Shown: one piece after another, positions 17,919 through 27,602 of the stretch | Layout of the letters: every line of letters starts with the position of its first letter | Numbering within the stretch: position 1 is the first letter of the stretch | Assembly: GCA_905208975.1 (NCBI GenBank) | Contig: CAJLRE010000001.1 | Location: forward strand, 1,689-65,688 | From: an uncultured Collinsella sp. | GTDB lineage: Bacteria > Actinomycetota > Coriobacteriia > Coriobacteriales > Coriobacteriaceae | Length of the DNA stretch: 64,000 nucleotides | Direction: 5' to 3' | The notes under the pieces: generated by a model | The model's database searches: none | What the model was told of the DNA's origin: nothing | Seen by the model: the letters and a program-made list of their open reading frames with translations, nothing else | Made by a program: the position numbers and the translations under genes

Positions 17919-19567
17919 CGCTGATCACCCTCGCGCGACCAGGGAAGGCGGATACGCGGGCGTTCGGTACGCGTTGCACGGTCGGCGACCATATCGCTCC
18001 AAGGGCCGACGGCGCACCCCAGTTCCACGAGCATCTCGCGCGTGGCCTCGCGCATGCTAGTCGCAAAAGCGCTGGTCTGCCCCACCGCCTCGTCAGCGCG
18101 CCCAAACGCCATGAGCGCGGCGAGATCCTGCCCGCCATCGGCGATACGAATCTTGGAGCTCAACGCACAGGCAATCTCAAAGCGCATGGCGACGTCCTCG
18201 TCTGCCCCGCGCGCACCGAACCGGTTGAACACGGCGCTCATGCGCGTGCGCGGCACACCTACTCGACCTGCCAGTTCGATGACGCGCGACGCCGATGTCG
18301 CGGACGACACCGCCGCATCGCCAACGACCAGGCAACGGTCGCTCGCCGCCACCGCAGCCGCCACGGCGTCGCCCCAAAAGACCGAGGTATCGATAAAGAC
18401 CACGTCGGATTCGCGACGCAGAACATCAAGCAGTAGCTCCACCGGACGCGCCATGAGCTCGGCTTGCTCGGGCGCCGCGACGGGACCCCAGAGCGTAATG
18501 CCCGGTGCCACGCGCATCGAAGCGGCTACGATATCCGGCTCGGTGAGCGTGCCCGCCGCCGACGGCTCGATAAGTGCCGCCATATCGCGCGGAGCATCGA
18601 CGCCTAACAAGTCGTAAAGGTTTCCAAACATCAGGTCCAGGTCGAGCACGGCGGCACGCAAGCCCAACAGCGACGATGTGTGTGCCATGGTGGCAACGAT
18701 CGTCGACTTGCCGCAACCGCCCGAACCCGAAATAGCGCAGATGACTGGAGCTCGATGCGGCGGAGCGGCAGCGTCTGCCGGCGGCATCGGAGGCGGCGGG
18801 GCGGGCGTCGGTGACAGCATCCCCGTCTCCCCCGCCGCAACCACGTGCTGCGTCCAAGCCGGCATGGCTGCTTGTTCGGTCTGCGAGGCAGGCTCGTTCT
18901 GCGCAATCTGCTCATGCTGCATCAGCGACAACTCGCCGCACCCGGCAAGGCCCTCAACTTCGTCGAGTTCATCCGCCAGATTCACGCCGTGCACGTATCC
19001 CATATCTACTGCCGGGGAGTCGCCAGCATGCTGCGCCGGCCCTCCAGCGTCATCGTATACAAGGGGGTTCCGGGGGCGCCGACCATGCTCGGCTTCCGCT
19101 TTTCCATAATCATCAACACGCGGGCCTCTTGTAGCGCGAGGCGCCCCGGGTTCCCTATCAACAAAAGCATCGGGCTCAATCGTCATGCGCCGATCGGAAT
19201 CAACCGCTCCCTCGCCCGCGCGCCCGTTGCCGCATATACTGTGTGCAGCGATGACCTCGGTCGCCCCCGCGCGAAACAGCCCCTCGATATCCGACGGATC
19301 GAGCGCTTCTATCAACACGACCACGCGACTCACGCGGCCTTCGGCCGTCAGGCGCGCAACAGTCTTGCGCACATCTTCGGTATCAAACAGAGACGCCGCG
19401 ATGATGGCAGCCCCGCGGCGCGACGGAAACGCCCGCGCCATGGAAACCAGCCCGTCCAGGTCACCCACGCGAAGCACCTGTGCACCCGCATCACGGCCCT
19501 CGACTTCCCGCTGCAACAGCCCGTAATCGCCGCACGCGCAGCACGCAAGCCAGATCGCCTTCATCAC
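17915..19567 (-). CDS. cpaE: TadZ/CpaE-like MinD/ParA ATPase with a receiver-like N-terminus
   Basis: ISGSGGCGKST deviant Walker A lacking the signature Lys, LDLDLMFG, IDT; lies directly upstream of tadA. Confidence 0.82.
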   Translation of the reverse strand: MMKAIWLACCACGDYGLLQREVEGRDAGAQVLRVGDLDGLVSMARAFPSRRGAAIIAASLFDTEDVRKTVARLTAEGRVSRVVVLIEALDPSDIEGLFRAGATEVIAAHSICGNGRAGEGAVDSDRRMTIEPDAFVDREPGAPRATRGPRVDDYGKAEAEHGRRPRNPLVYDDAGGPAQHAGDSPAVDMGYVHGVNLADELDEVEGLAGCGELSLMQHEQIAQNEPASQTEQAAMPAWTQHVVAAGETGMLSPTPAPPPPMPPADAAAPPHRAPVICAISGSGGCGKSTIVATMAHTSSLLGLRAAVLDLDLMFGNLYDLLGVDAPRDMAALIEPSAAGTLTEPDIVAASMRVAPGITLWGPVAAPEQAELMARPVELLLDVLRRESDVVFIDTSVFWGDAVAAAVAASDRCLVVGDAAVSSATSASRVIELAGRVGVPRTRMSAVFNRFGARGADEDVAMRFEIACALSSKIRIADGGQDLAALMAFGRADEAVGQTSAFATSMREATREMLVELGCAVGPWSDMVADRATRTERPRIRLPWSREGDQR

Positions 19568-20223
19568 TCGTCGCCTCCGCTCTTTTTGCCGCGCGCCGTG
19601 GCGGGAATCGTCAAGCTGACCGTTCCCTTGCCCGAGGCTCCCAGCAGTTCCTTGACGTCTTCGGGGTCAGCCGCCAGCGTCACCCATTCGATCTTGCCCT
19701 CGCGCGTGGAACCGGAATCCTCACTGGTATCGATCACGTACGCGCCGCACAGCCGATCGGTTACGCCGTCTTTTTGCACGTACACGTCCACGTAGCTGCC
19801 CACGCCCGCAGCACCGCCGACCGAGTGCTCGGCATCGACCGCCACCGAAACGGCGACCTTGCCCTTAGGTACCTCGAGCATGTGGCTCTCGGCCTTGGTG
19901 TAGACATTGCAGATCACGGCGTTTTTGGGAATACGCGAAGTCGTCACGTCGCCGCGCACCTGGCGTAGCTCGGTCGCCGCGTCACGCGGCAGCAGACTCG
20001 TCAGCCACTCCTGGGTTATGACATTGGTCTCATCGAGGGTCTCACCCACATCGATATCGCGCGCCGCGACGCATACCTCGACGCGATCGCCACCGTACTT
20101 GGCCAAGGTCTCAGCCTGGACCTGTTCGGCTTGCGAGCGGATCGACGAGCCGTAAACCATGCAGAGCAGAGCAGCGAGCACGCCCGCGACCAGACTGATG
20201 GCGATGCGCTTGCTCTTGTTCAC
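19564..20223 (-). CDS. cpaB: RcpC/CpaB Flp pilus assembly protein (SAF domain)
   Basis: TM helix, VCVAARDIDVGETL (SAF), VPKGKVAVSV...GSYVDV; GAGAGGAG SD before GTG. Confidence 0.88.
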   Translation of the reverse strand: MNKSKRIAISLVAGVLAALLCMVYGSSIRSQAEQVQAETLAKYGGDRVEVCVAARDIDVGETLDETNVITQEWLTSLLPRDAATELRQVRGDVTTSRIPKNAVICNVYTKAESHMLEVPKGKVAVSVAVDAEHSVGGAAGVGSYVDVYVQKDGVTDRLCGAYVIDTSEDSGSTREGKIEWVTLAADPEDVKELLGASGKGTVSLTIPATARGKKSGGDE

Positions 20224-20475
20224 GGCCGCTCCTCTCATGGCAGTGCCGGGCGAATGCCCGTACCACCATTGTCTGGGCGGCCAGAGTGCAAAGCGGCGCA
20301 ATCGCAATCTTGGTTTTCGATGTCAAACCAATCGCTGACCAAAAGCTGACCAGCCCGTCAAGCTCGTGGCAAGGTTTTGGTCAGCACGTCAGCAAACTGC
20401 ATGTTTCGAGGCTTTTCCGCAGCAAAAAAGCCGTCTCCCGAACAGTTGGGAGACGGCTGTCATAGGAAAAATCAA

Positions 20476-21660
20476 TTACAGATGGACATCGGGATCGAGC
20501 ATTTGAGCGCTCACGCGCATGGATGACGCCAGATTTTGGAAAGTTTCCAGACGCAGGCTGTCGATCTGCCCGGCGTCCTCGGCCTCGCGAACGGCGCAAC
20601 CCGGTTCGTGGGTATGCGTGCAGTCGCCAAACCGGCACGCACGCGATGCCTCGACAATCTCGGGGAAGGCGCGTGCCAGACCCCGCTCGTGACCCACGAG
20701 CGGCAAACTGCGCAGACCCGGGGCATCGGCGATCACGCCGGCGTCGCCCGGCAGCGCCACCATCACGCGCGCGACGGTAGTGTGACGGCCCTGGTCGTCG
20801 CGTTCGCGCACACCGCCGGTCGCCAACGTATCGTGGCCCAGCAGTGCATTGAGCAGCGTCGACTTGCCGGCACCCGACTCGCCCAGAATCATGGCGCAGC
20901 TCCCGGCAGGCACGCAGGCACGGACCTCGTCCAGACCGCGGCCCTCGGCAGAAGACGTCAAGATCACGCGCACGTCCGGACCCACCAGACGGCGCACGCG
21001 GTCCAGATCGCGCTCGAGCTCCCCGGCATCGCAGCGGTCAGCCTTGGTGAGCACCACCACCGGCTCGGCATCGCAGTCGAGCGCCAACACCAGCGAGCGC
21101 GCCACACGGTCGAGCAGCACCTCGCCGGCACCGAGCGCCTGCACGATTAGCACGCTATCCACGTTGGAGCAGAGCACCTGGCGCTCTCCGCGGGCACGGC
21201 CGCGCCAACGCTCAAAGCTCGTACGGCGCGGCAGTACGCATTCAATCACGCCCATATCGTGCCCGGGAGCGCGGCGCACCGCCACACGATCGCCCACGGC
21301 AGGCAGCAGGACCTCGTCCCCACCGCGCGACTTGGCAAATCCCACGGCATGCTCGGCGCGGAAGGTATCGTCGGCAGTCGCCACCAGCGGAAACCCACGA
21401 TCCAAGCGCACCACGGCGCCAAGCTGCATCTGCTCGGGCTCCTCGGCATGTGCGCAGAAATCATCAAAGGCAGACTGCTGAGCTTCATCGACCGGCAGGT
21501 CATCGAACGCCGGAACGTCCTGCAGCGCGTCGAGTCCCGGCACGCTCGCCAGCAGCTCCTCGGCAGACGCGGGAGCCTCGGTCGCGAGCTTCCGACGACG
21601 ATCGCGCTTAGCCCGCGCCCCCGTCGTCTTTTTCTTCGCTTTAGCCTTAGCCTTGCCCAC
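20476..21660 (-). CDS. rsgA: Ribosome small subunit-dependent GTPase A
   Basis: Circularly permuted GTPase: TKAD, GESGAGKSTLLN, GRHTT, DAPGLR; zinc finger CRFGDCTHTHEPGC. Confidence 0.93.
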   Translation of the reverse strand: MGKAKAKAKKKTTGARAKRDRRRKLATEAPASAEELLASVPGLDALQDVPAFDDLPVDEAQQSAFDDFCAHAEEPEQMQLGAVVRLDRGFPLVATADDTFRAEHAVGFAKSRGGDEVLLPAVGDRVAVRRAPGHDMGVIECVLPRRTSFERWRGRARGERQVLCSNVDSVLIVQALGAGEVLLDRVARSLVLALDCDAEPVVVLTKADRCDAGELERDLDRVRRLVGPDVRVILTSSAEGRGLDEVRACVPAGSCAMILGESGAGKSTLLNALLGHDTLATGGVRERDDQGRHTTVARVMVALPGDAGVIADAPGLRSLPLVGHERGLARAFPEIVEASRACRFGDCTHTHEPGCAVREAEDAGQIDSLRLETFQNLASSMRVSAQMLDPDVHL

Positions 21661-21708
21661 AAGCGCCTCCCAGCACCATAAATCACAACTGAGCAGGTAT
21701 TTTAAATC

Positions 21709-21742
21709 AAAAAGAGCTGGCCGGGCAAAGCCCGACCAGCTC
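21709..21742 (-). terminator. Intrinsic terminator downstream of the P-type ATPase
   Basis: Minus strand GAGCTGGTCGGGC-TTT-GCCCGGCCAGCTC followed by a T tract. Confidence 0.75.
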
Positions 21743-21783
21743 ACATACTTTCCCTCAGCTTACGGTCCCGAGAGGTTATCCGA

Positions 21784-21876
21784 AGGCCCGCCCGCCGGGA
21801 GGGGTTTCTTCTGAGTGATCCCGCAGCGCGAAGCGCGAGGACCAGCGAAGAAGAAACCCCGCAGGCGGGCGGGCCC
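21784..21876. repeat. Nested palindromic intergenic element
   Basis: GGCCCGCCCGCC..GGGGTTTCTTCT..CGCGAAGCGCG..AGAAGAAACCCC..GGCGGGCGGGCC. Confidence 0.7.
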
Positions 21877-21887
21877 GGACAGGTACG

Positions 21888-24569
21888 TTACTCTTTCTCC
21901 ACCGCGCGCATGATCGCCTTGTAGATCTCCATCAACGGGATGATCAGGAAGGCCAGGCCCAGGGCAGCGACAACGCCCTTGAGCTCAAGCGTCACGGGGC
22001 CAAAGAACATCTCGGCAAGCGTCGGCTGCACGGTCACGATCACCGTCAGCACCAGTGCCAGAGCGGCGGAAGCCCACAGCCACTTGTTCTGCTTCTTCAT
22101 GGTGAACAGCGACGCACGACGGCTGCGCATATTGAAGCAGTGGAAAATCTCGACCATGTTGAGCGTGATGAACGCCATCATCACGCCTTCCTCGTCGGCA
22201 TTGCCGGCGATCATATCGGCGATGTGGATGTAGCCCATGTCAAAGTACACGCCCACAAAGAAGCTCGCCAGCACCAGCACGGTGATGATTAGGCCCTGGA
22301 CCACGCAGTCCAGACCCATATGTCCGGCAAAGACACCATCCTTGGCGTTGCGCGGCTTGCGCTTCATGATGTCGCCCTCGGCGTCCTCCATGCCCAGCGC
22401 GAGCGCAGGGAAGCAGTCGGTAACCAGGTTCACCCACAGCAGCTGCACCGGCTGGAAGATGGTAAAGCCGATGAGCGTGGCGATAAACACCGAGAAGACC
22501 TCGGCAAGGTTGGCCGAAAGCAGGAACTGGATGACCTTGCGGATGTTGTCGTAGATGCGACGGCCCTCTTCGCAGGCACCGATGATGGTGGCGAAATTGT
22601 CGTCGGCAAGCACCATGTCGGCGACGTTCTTGGTGACATCGGTACCGGTGATGCCCATGCCAACGCCGATGTCGGCGCGCTTGATGGACGGGGCGTCGTT
22701 GACGCCGTCGCCCGTCATGGCCACGATCTGGTCGCGCGACTTCCAAGCCTCGACGATGCGTGTCTTGTGCTCGGGCTGGACACGGGCGTACACGCCGTAG
22801 TTCTCGATGTGCGCGTCGAGCTCCTCGTCGCTCATGCGATCGAGGTCGGCACCGGTGATGGCTTGGCCGCGATCGGCGACGATGCCCAGCTGCTTGGCGA
22901 TGGCCACGGCGGTGTCGATGTGGTCGCCCGTGATCATGACGGTACGGATACCGGCGTCGTGCGCCTCGTGGATAGCGTCGGCCACCTCGGGACGGACCGG
23001 GTCGATCATGCCGGACAGGCCACAGAAGACCAGGTCATGCTCGAGCGCAGCGGGGCTGCAGTCGTCGGGAACCTCGGTGTAGGTGCGGCTTGCCAGCGCC
23101 AGTACGCGCAGGGCCTCGTCGGCCATGGCCTTGTTGGCCGCCACGAGCTCGGCGCGGCGCTCCTCGGTCAGGGGGACGACCTTATCGCCCTCGTAGATAT
23201 GGGTGCACAGGCCGATCACCACGTCGGGCGCACCCTTGGTGTACTGCTCGTACTCGCCATCCAGGGTCTCGACGACCACGGACATCATCTTGCGGCCCGA
23301 GTCAAACGGGGCCTCGCCCACGCGCGGATGCTCGGCAGTCAGGCCGGTGAGGCCCGCCTTGCCGGCGTCGTTGACGAGCGCGCACTCAGTCGGCTCGCCC
23401 ACGGCCTCGCCCAGCTCCTCGTCCCACTGAGCATCGGAGCACAGCGCCATGCCGGCCAGGAACTTCTCCTTGGGCGCAGCGAGCTCGTGCTTGACGACGG
23501 TCATCTTGTTTTGGGTAAGGGTACCGGTCTTGTCGGAGCAGATGGTCTGCGTGCAGCCGAGAGTCTCGACGGCAGAGAGCTTGCGGATGATTGCCTGGCG
23601 CTTAGCCATCTTGGTCACGCCAAGCGATAGCACGATGGTCACGACGGCGACCAGGCCCTCGGGGATGGCAGCGACGGCGAGCGAGACGGCGACCATAAAG
23701 GTATCGAGCAGGGCGGTCGGGTCGGTAAGAACGTTGCCCACGCCGTGGCGGATGATATCAACGCCAAAGATGACGACGCAGATGACGATAACCATAATGG
23801 TAAGGATGCGGCTGAGCTCGGCGAGCTTCACTTGCAACGGCGTGAGCTCTTCCTTGGCCTCGGCCAGGGCGCCGGCGATCTTGCCCATCTCGGTGTTCAT
23901 GCCGGTGCCGACCACGACGGCGCGACCACGGCCGTACACGACGGTGGAGCCCATATAGCACATGTTCTTACGGTCGCCGAGCGGCACGTCATCGGTGCCC
24001 GCAGCGAGCTCGATCACGTTGGCGTGCTTCTCTACGGGCACGGACTCGCCGGTGAGCGCGGCCTCTTCGATCTTCATCGTGGCGCTCTCGAGCACGCGGC
24101 AGTCGGCCGGGACGGAGTCGCCCGCCTCGAGCATGATCACGTCGCCGGGCACGAGCTCGGCGCTCGGCAGGTGCACGAGCTTGCCGTCGCGCAGCACCTT
24201 GGACTGCGCCGCACTCATCTCCTGCAGGGCCTCGAGGGCCTCCTCGCTCTTGGCTTCCTGGACCACGCCCAGCACCGAGTTGACGATAACGACGAACATG
24301 ATGATGGCAACATCGGCAAAGTCGGGCTCGCCCTTGACCATGCCCGTGAGCGCACTGATGACGGCGGCAACGATCAGCATGATGACCATGGGGTCGGCCA
24401 TCTGCTCAAAGAAGCGCTTCCACAGCGGCGTCTTCTCGGCTTCCTCGAGCTTGTTAGGGCCTGTCTTGGCGAGGCGCGAAGACGCCTCGTCGTTGCTCAG
24501 GCCGAGGTTCTCATCGACACCTTGGTCGCTGAGCACCTCCGCCGCGGCGGACAGGTATTCCTTTTGCAT
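21888..24569 (-). CDS. Cation-transporting P-type ATPase (type IIA, Ca2+-like)
   Basis: TGES, IPEGL, DKTGTLT, KGAP, MITGD, TGDGVNDAP, QLLWVNLVTD. Confidence 0.95.
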   Translation of the reverse strand: MQKEYLSAAAEVLSDQGVDENLGLSNDEASSRLAKTGPNKLEEAEKTPLWKRFFEQMADPMVIMLIVAAVISALTGMVKGEPDFADVAIIMFVVIVNSVLGVVQEAKSEEALEALQEMSAAQSKVLRDGKLVHLPSAELVPGDVIMLEAGDSVPADCRVLESATMKIEEAALTGESVPVEKHANVIELAAGTDDVPLGDRKNMCYMGSTVVYGRGRAVVVGTGMNTEMGKIAGALAEAKEELTPLQVKLAELSRILTIMVIVICVVIFGVDIIRHGVGNVLTDPTALLDTFMVAVSLAVAAIPEGLVAVVTIVLSLGVTKMAKRQAIIRKLSAVETLGCTQTICSDKTGTLTQNKMTVVKHELAAPKEKFLAGMALCSDAQWDEELGEAVGEPTECALVNDAGKAGLTGLTAEHPRVGEAPFDSGRKMMSVVVETLDGEYEQYTKGAPDVVIGLCTHIYEGDKVVPLTEERRAELVAANKAMADEALRVLALASRTYTEVPDDCSPAALEHDLVFCGLSGMIDPVRPEVADAIHEAHDAGIRTVMITGDHIDTAVAIAKQLGIVADRGQAITGADLDRMSDEELDAHIENYGVYARVQPEHKTRIVEAWKSRDQIVAMTGDGVNDAPSIKRADIGVGMGITGTDVTKNVADMVLADDNFATIIGACEEGRRIYDNIRKVIQFLLSANLAEVFSVFIATLIGFTIFQPVQLLWVNLVTDCFPALALGMEDAEGDIMKRKPRNAKDGVFAGHMGLDCVVQGLIITVLVLASFFVGVYFDMGYIHIADMIAGNADEEGVMMAFITLNMVEIFHCFNMRSRRASLFTMKKQNKWLWASAALALVLTVIVTVQPTLAEMFFGPVTLELKGVVAALGLAFLIIPLMEIYKAIMRAVEKE

Positions 24570-25011
24570 ATAGAGTCCCCTCCTGGGATTCGGGCCACTC
24601 AGCAGATTGATGCCCGATCATAATTCCCAGGAGAAGGGCAAGGGCTCATCAAGGCTGCCGTGCTGAGCGGCAGTTGATAGTGGAGCTATGGTACCCCAAA
24701 GCGACGCGTCTAGCCAAAACAATCCATCTGGAAATATGGTCCCACCGCAACGGTGCAGACCATGTGATGCTCAACATTGATAAAACGTTTTTTCTTCGGC
24801 ACATCGTCAAACTGAAATATCGCCCAGATAGCAGCGGTTAGAGCGGTTGGTAAAGATTTTTCATATACCGTTTTTCTCGCAAAAAATGAACTTCTAATTC
24901 GGCATACGGTCGATTTTATGGGGTATTCGGTCAGCATTTCGTTATAATCAACACGGTTTTATTTCTTATGGTTTATCTATCAGCGCAAGACGATGTCAGA
25001 TGGAGGTCTGA

Positions 25012-26472
25012 ATGTACAAGCGCACCAAGATTGTATGCACCATGGGTCCCGCCTGCGATAGCGACGAGACCATCCGCGAGATGATCAAGGCGGGCATGAA
25101 CGTCGCCCGTTTTAACTTCTCGCACGGATCCTACGACGAGCACCACGGTCGCATCGAGCGCGTCCGTCGTATTTCCAAGGAGCTCGGTCTGCCTGTCGGC
25201 ATCCTGCTCGACACCAAGGGCCCTGAGGTCCGCACCGGCCTTCTGGTCGACGGCAAGAAGGTTGCCGTCAAGACCGGCGATAAGATCGTCGTCACCGCTC
25301 AGCCCACGTCCGAGGATTTCCATGGCACCGCTGAGCACATCTCCCTCGACTACCTGGCTCTGCCTTCCGAGGTCGAGAAGGGCTCCCTCATCCTGATCGA
25401 TGACGGCCTGGTTGCCCTCGAGGTCGAGTCCGTCAGTGGCCAGGACATGACCTGCGTCGTTAAGAACGACGGCCTGATCGGCGAGCGCAAGGGCGTCAAC
25501 ATGCCCAACGTCAACATCTCGCTGCCCGCCATCACCGAGCGCGATCGTCAGGACATCCTCTTTGGCCTGACCGAGAACATCGACTACATCGCCGCTTCCT
25601 TCATCCGTGACGGCGAGTCCGTCCGCGGCATCCGCGAGCTTTGCCGCGAGAACGGCGGCGAGCACGTGACGATCTTCCCGAAGATCGAGTGCGCCTTGGG
25701 CGTCGAGAACTTCGACGAGATTCTCGAGGCTTCCGACGGCATCATGGTCGCCCGTGGCGACCTGGGCATCGAGATCAAGCCCGAGCTCGTTCCGCACATC
25801 CAGAAGGAGATCATCGCCAAGTGCAACGCGGCCTACAAGCCCGTTATCACCGCTACGCAGATGCTCGACTCCATGCAGCAGAACCCGCGCCCGACGCGCG
25901 CCGAGGTTGCCGACGTTGCTAACGCCATTTATGACGGCACCGACGCCGTCATGCTGTCCGGCGAGTCCGCTGCCGGTAAGTACCCGGTCGAGGCCGTCAA
26001 GATGCAGGCCAGCATTGCTCTCGAGACCGAGAAGTACCTCCCGGCCCACGCTCCGCTCGAGGTTCCGGCCGATGCTCACGGCACCCGCGTCGTCAACAAC
26101 GTTGTGGGTATGTCCGCTGTGAACATGGCCACCACCGTTGGCGCCAAGTGCATCACCGTGCCGACGACCACCGGTCGTACCGCTCGCCTGATCTCGCACT
26201 TCCGTCCCAACATGCCGATCTGCGCGTTCTCCCGCCACGAGTGGGCCGTCCAGCAGATGATCATGTACTGGGGCGTTATCCCGCACCAGGCCGAGATTAC
26301 CCAGGGTACCGTCAACGGCACGATCGTCAAGGCGATTGAGACCGCTAAGGAGCTCGGCTACGTCGAGGCCGGCGACCTGACCGTCGCCACCGCCGGCGAT
26401 CCCCGCATGAGCGTCCAGCTCGAGGACAAGGTCTCCTCGACCAACGTCGCTTACGTCGCTCAGGTGCGCTAA
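25012..26472 (+). CDS. pyk: Pyruvate kinase
   Basis: RTKIVCTMGP, RFNFSHG, DTKGPEVR, GIMVARGDLG, ATQML, DGTDAVMLSGESA. Confidence 0.98.
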   Translation: MYKRTKIVCTMGPACDSDETIREMIKAGMNVARFNFSHGSYDEHHGRIERVRRISKELGLPVGILLDTKGPEVRTGLLVDGKKVAVKTGDKIVVTAQPTSEDFHGTAEHISLDYLALPSEVEKGSLILIDDGLVALEVESVSGQDMTCVVKNDGLIGERKGVNMPNVNISLPAITERDRQDILFGLTENIDYIAASFIRDGESVRGIRELCRENGGEHVTIFPKIECALGVENFDEILEASDGIMVARGDLGIEIKPELVPHIQKEIIAKCNAAYKPVITATQMLDSMQQNPRPTRAEVADVANAIYDGTDAVMLSGESAAGKYPVEAVKMQASIALETEKYLPAHAPLEVPADAHGTRVVNNVVGMSAVNMATTVGAKCITVPTTTGRTARLISHFRPNMPICAFSRHEWAVQQMIMYWGVIPHQAEITQGTVNGTIVKAIETAKELGYVEAGDLTVATAGDPRMSVQLEDKVSSTNVAYVAQVR

Positions 26473-26500
26473 ATCGCACTTGCAAGCACACTTGCATTGC

Positions 26501-26538
26501 AAAGGGCCCGGAAGGCTTTGCCTTCCGGGCCCTTTTTA
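26501..26538. terminator. Bidirectional-type intrinsic terminator after pyk
   Basis: AAAGGGCCCGGAAGGC-TTT-GCCTTCCGGGCCCTTTTT. Confidence 0.85.
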
Positions 26539-26673
26539 GACCTTCTTCGTATGCCGCATCATCGATTTGTGTTCAGTCGCAAGCCTCTCCGATGCCGAGC
26601 GCACCACCGAAGACGCCCTGCGACGGGAGCCGTTGGTCAATTGGAATGAACTGTTCACCGTTAAGCCGGCCGG

Positions 26674-27522
26674 CTAACAGCTAGCGATCAGGGGGACTGC
26701 GGGAACGTCAGAAGCAGCAACGCGAGCCGCAAATCCCGCCTCGGTCAGCTCGATGACCTCGGTAAACGTTGCATCGAAAAACTCCTCGGTTAGCAGGCGA
26801 TACGGCGGATGATCGGGCTCGCCGGGGTTTTCGCGTACAATCTCGTGCATGACGCCGATAGTCTTGAGCACATATTCTTTATGGATGGGATACTGCCCAA
26901 AACGCGTCGCAGCGGTATAGAGGCGATCGGTCGCACGCGGAATGGAAACGATGCCCAGCGTCTTGCCAAACCAGTCAAAATCGCCCTGCTTTTTAATGCG
27001 GAATTCCTCGCACGGCTTGCCGCCGTGTGCTTCCAGATACTGGTTCGCACGCGTGTTCCATACCGTGTCGGCCACCAGATGCGACCAGACGCCCAGCGTT
27101 AAATCGAGCAGCGACTGCGCCACATCTTCGGACGCAAGCGAGAACTCACAGGCGCCGGGACCGACAACCGGCTCGGCATCCCTGTAGCGCTGAGGATAGT
27201 GCACGCGGTTCAGTCGCTCGCGCTCCTCGACAATCGAGGTAGCCTCAGCAGGTTCGCCCGCGGATGCGCCTTTAAGCAGCGGCGTCACATAGGTATCCCA
27301 GAACTCGTGCTCGCGTGGTTTGGGGATAGGCTCGGGCTTAGCAAAGTGCGTGATGCGGTACGGGATGGGATCGGCAATGCCGGGAACCATGTAGCCCACA
27401 AAGATGTCCGGAACCACGCAGCCAAACAAAAAGGCATTGCGGTCGCGCACGCTATCGGCAAGCACGCTAGCACGTGTCAGCAAGCGCTCCGTTTGAGCGA
27501 TATGAATGTTCCAGCTTGGCAT
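26674..27522 (-). CDS. Hypothetical protein, zinc-dependent phospholipase C-like helical metallohydrolase
   Basis: MPSWNIH N-terminus, FLFGCVVPD, THF and SHLVAD metal-ligand pattern typical of Zn_dep_PLPC-like proteins. Confidence 0.6.
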   Translation of the reverse strand: MPSWNIHIAQTERLLTRASVLADSVRDRNAFLFGCVVPDIFVGYMVPGIADPIPYRITHFAKPEPIPKPREHEFWDTYVTPLLKGASAGEPAEATSIVEERERLNRVHYPQRYRDAEPVVGPGACEFSLASEDVAQSLLDLTLGVWSHLVADTVWNTRANQYLEAHGGKPCEEFRIKKQGDFDWFGKTLGIVSIPRATDRLYTAATRFGQYPIHKEYVLKTIGVMHEIVRENPGEPDHPPYRLLTEEFFDATFTEVIELTEAGFAARVAASDVPAVPLIASC

Positions 27523-27602
27523 AGCAACCCCCATAAAAAACCTGGATAACTATACCATCACGGCAAAGCCGCGCGGGCGGCTACGCATCCTCTACGCAGC
27601 AA

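Noticed and set aside
24570..24720. yybP-ykoY or NiCo riboswitch upstream of the P-type ATPase
   Set aside because: I could not find their consensus motifs by eye; only the SD-occluding hairpin is reported.
24710..24937. 75-aa ORF in the AT-rich region before pyk
   Set aside because: No SD or recognisable motif and atypical codon usage; more likely divergent promoter DNA.
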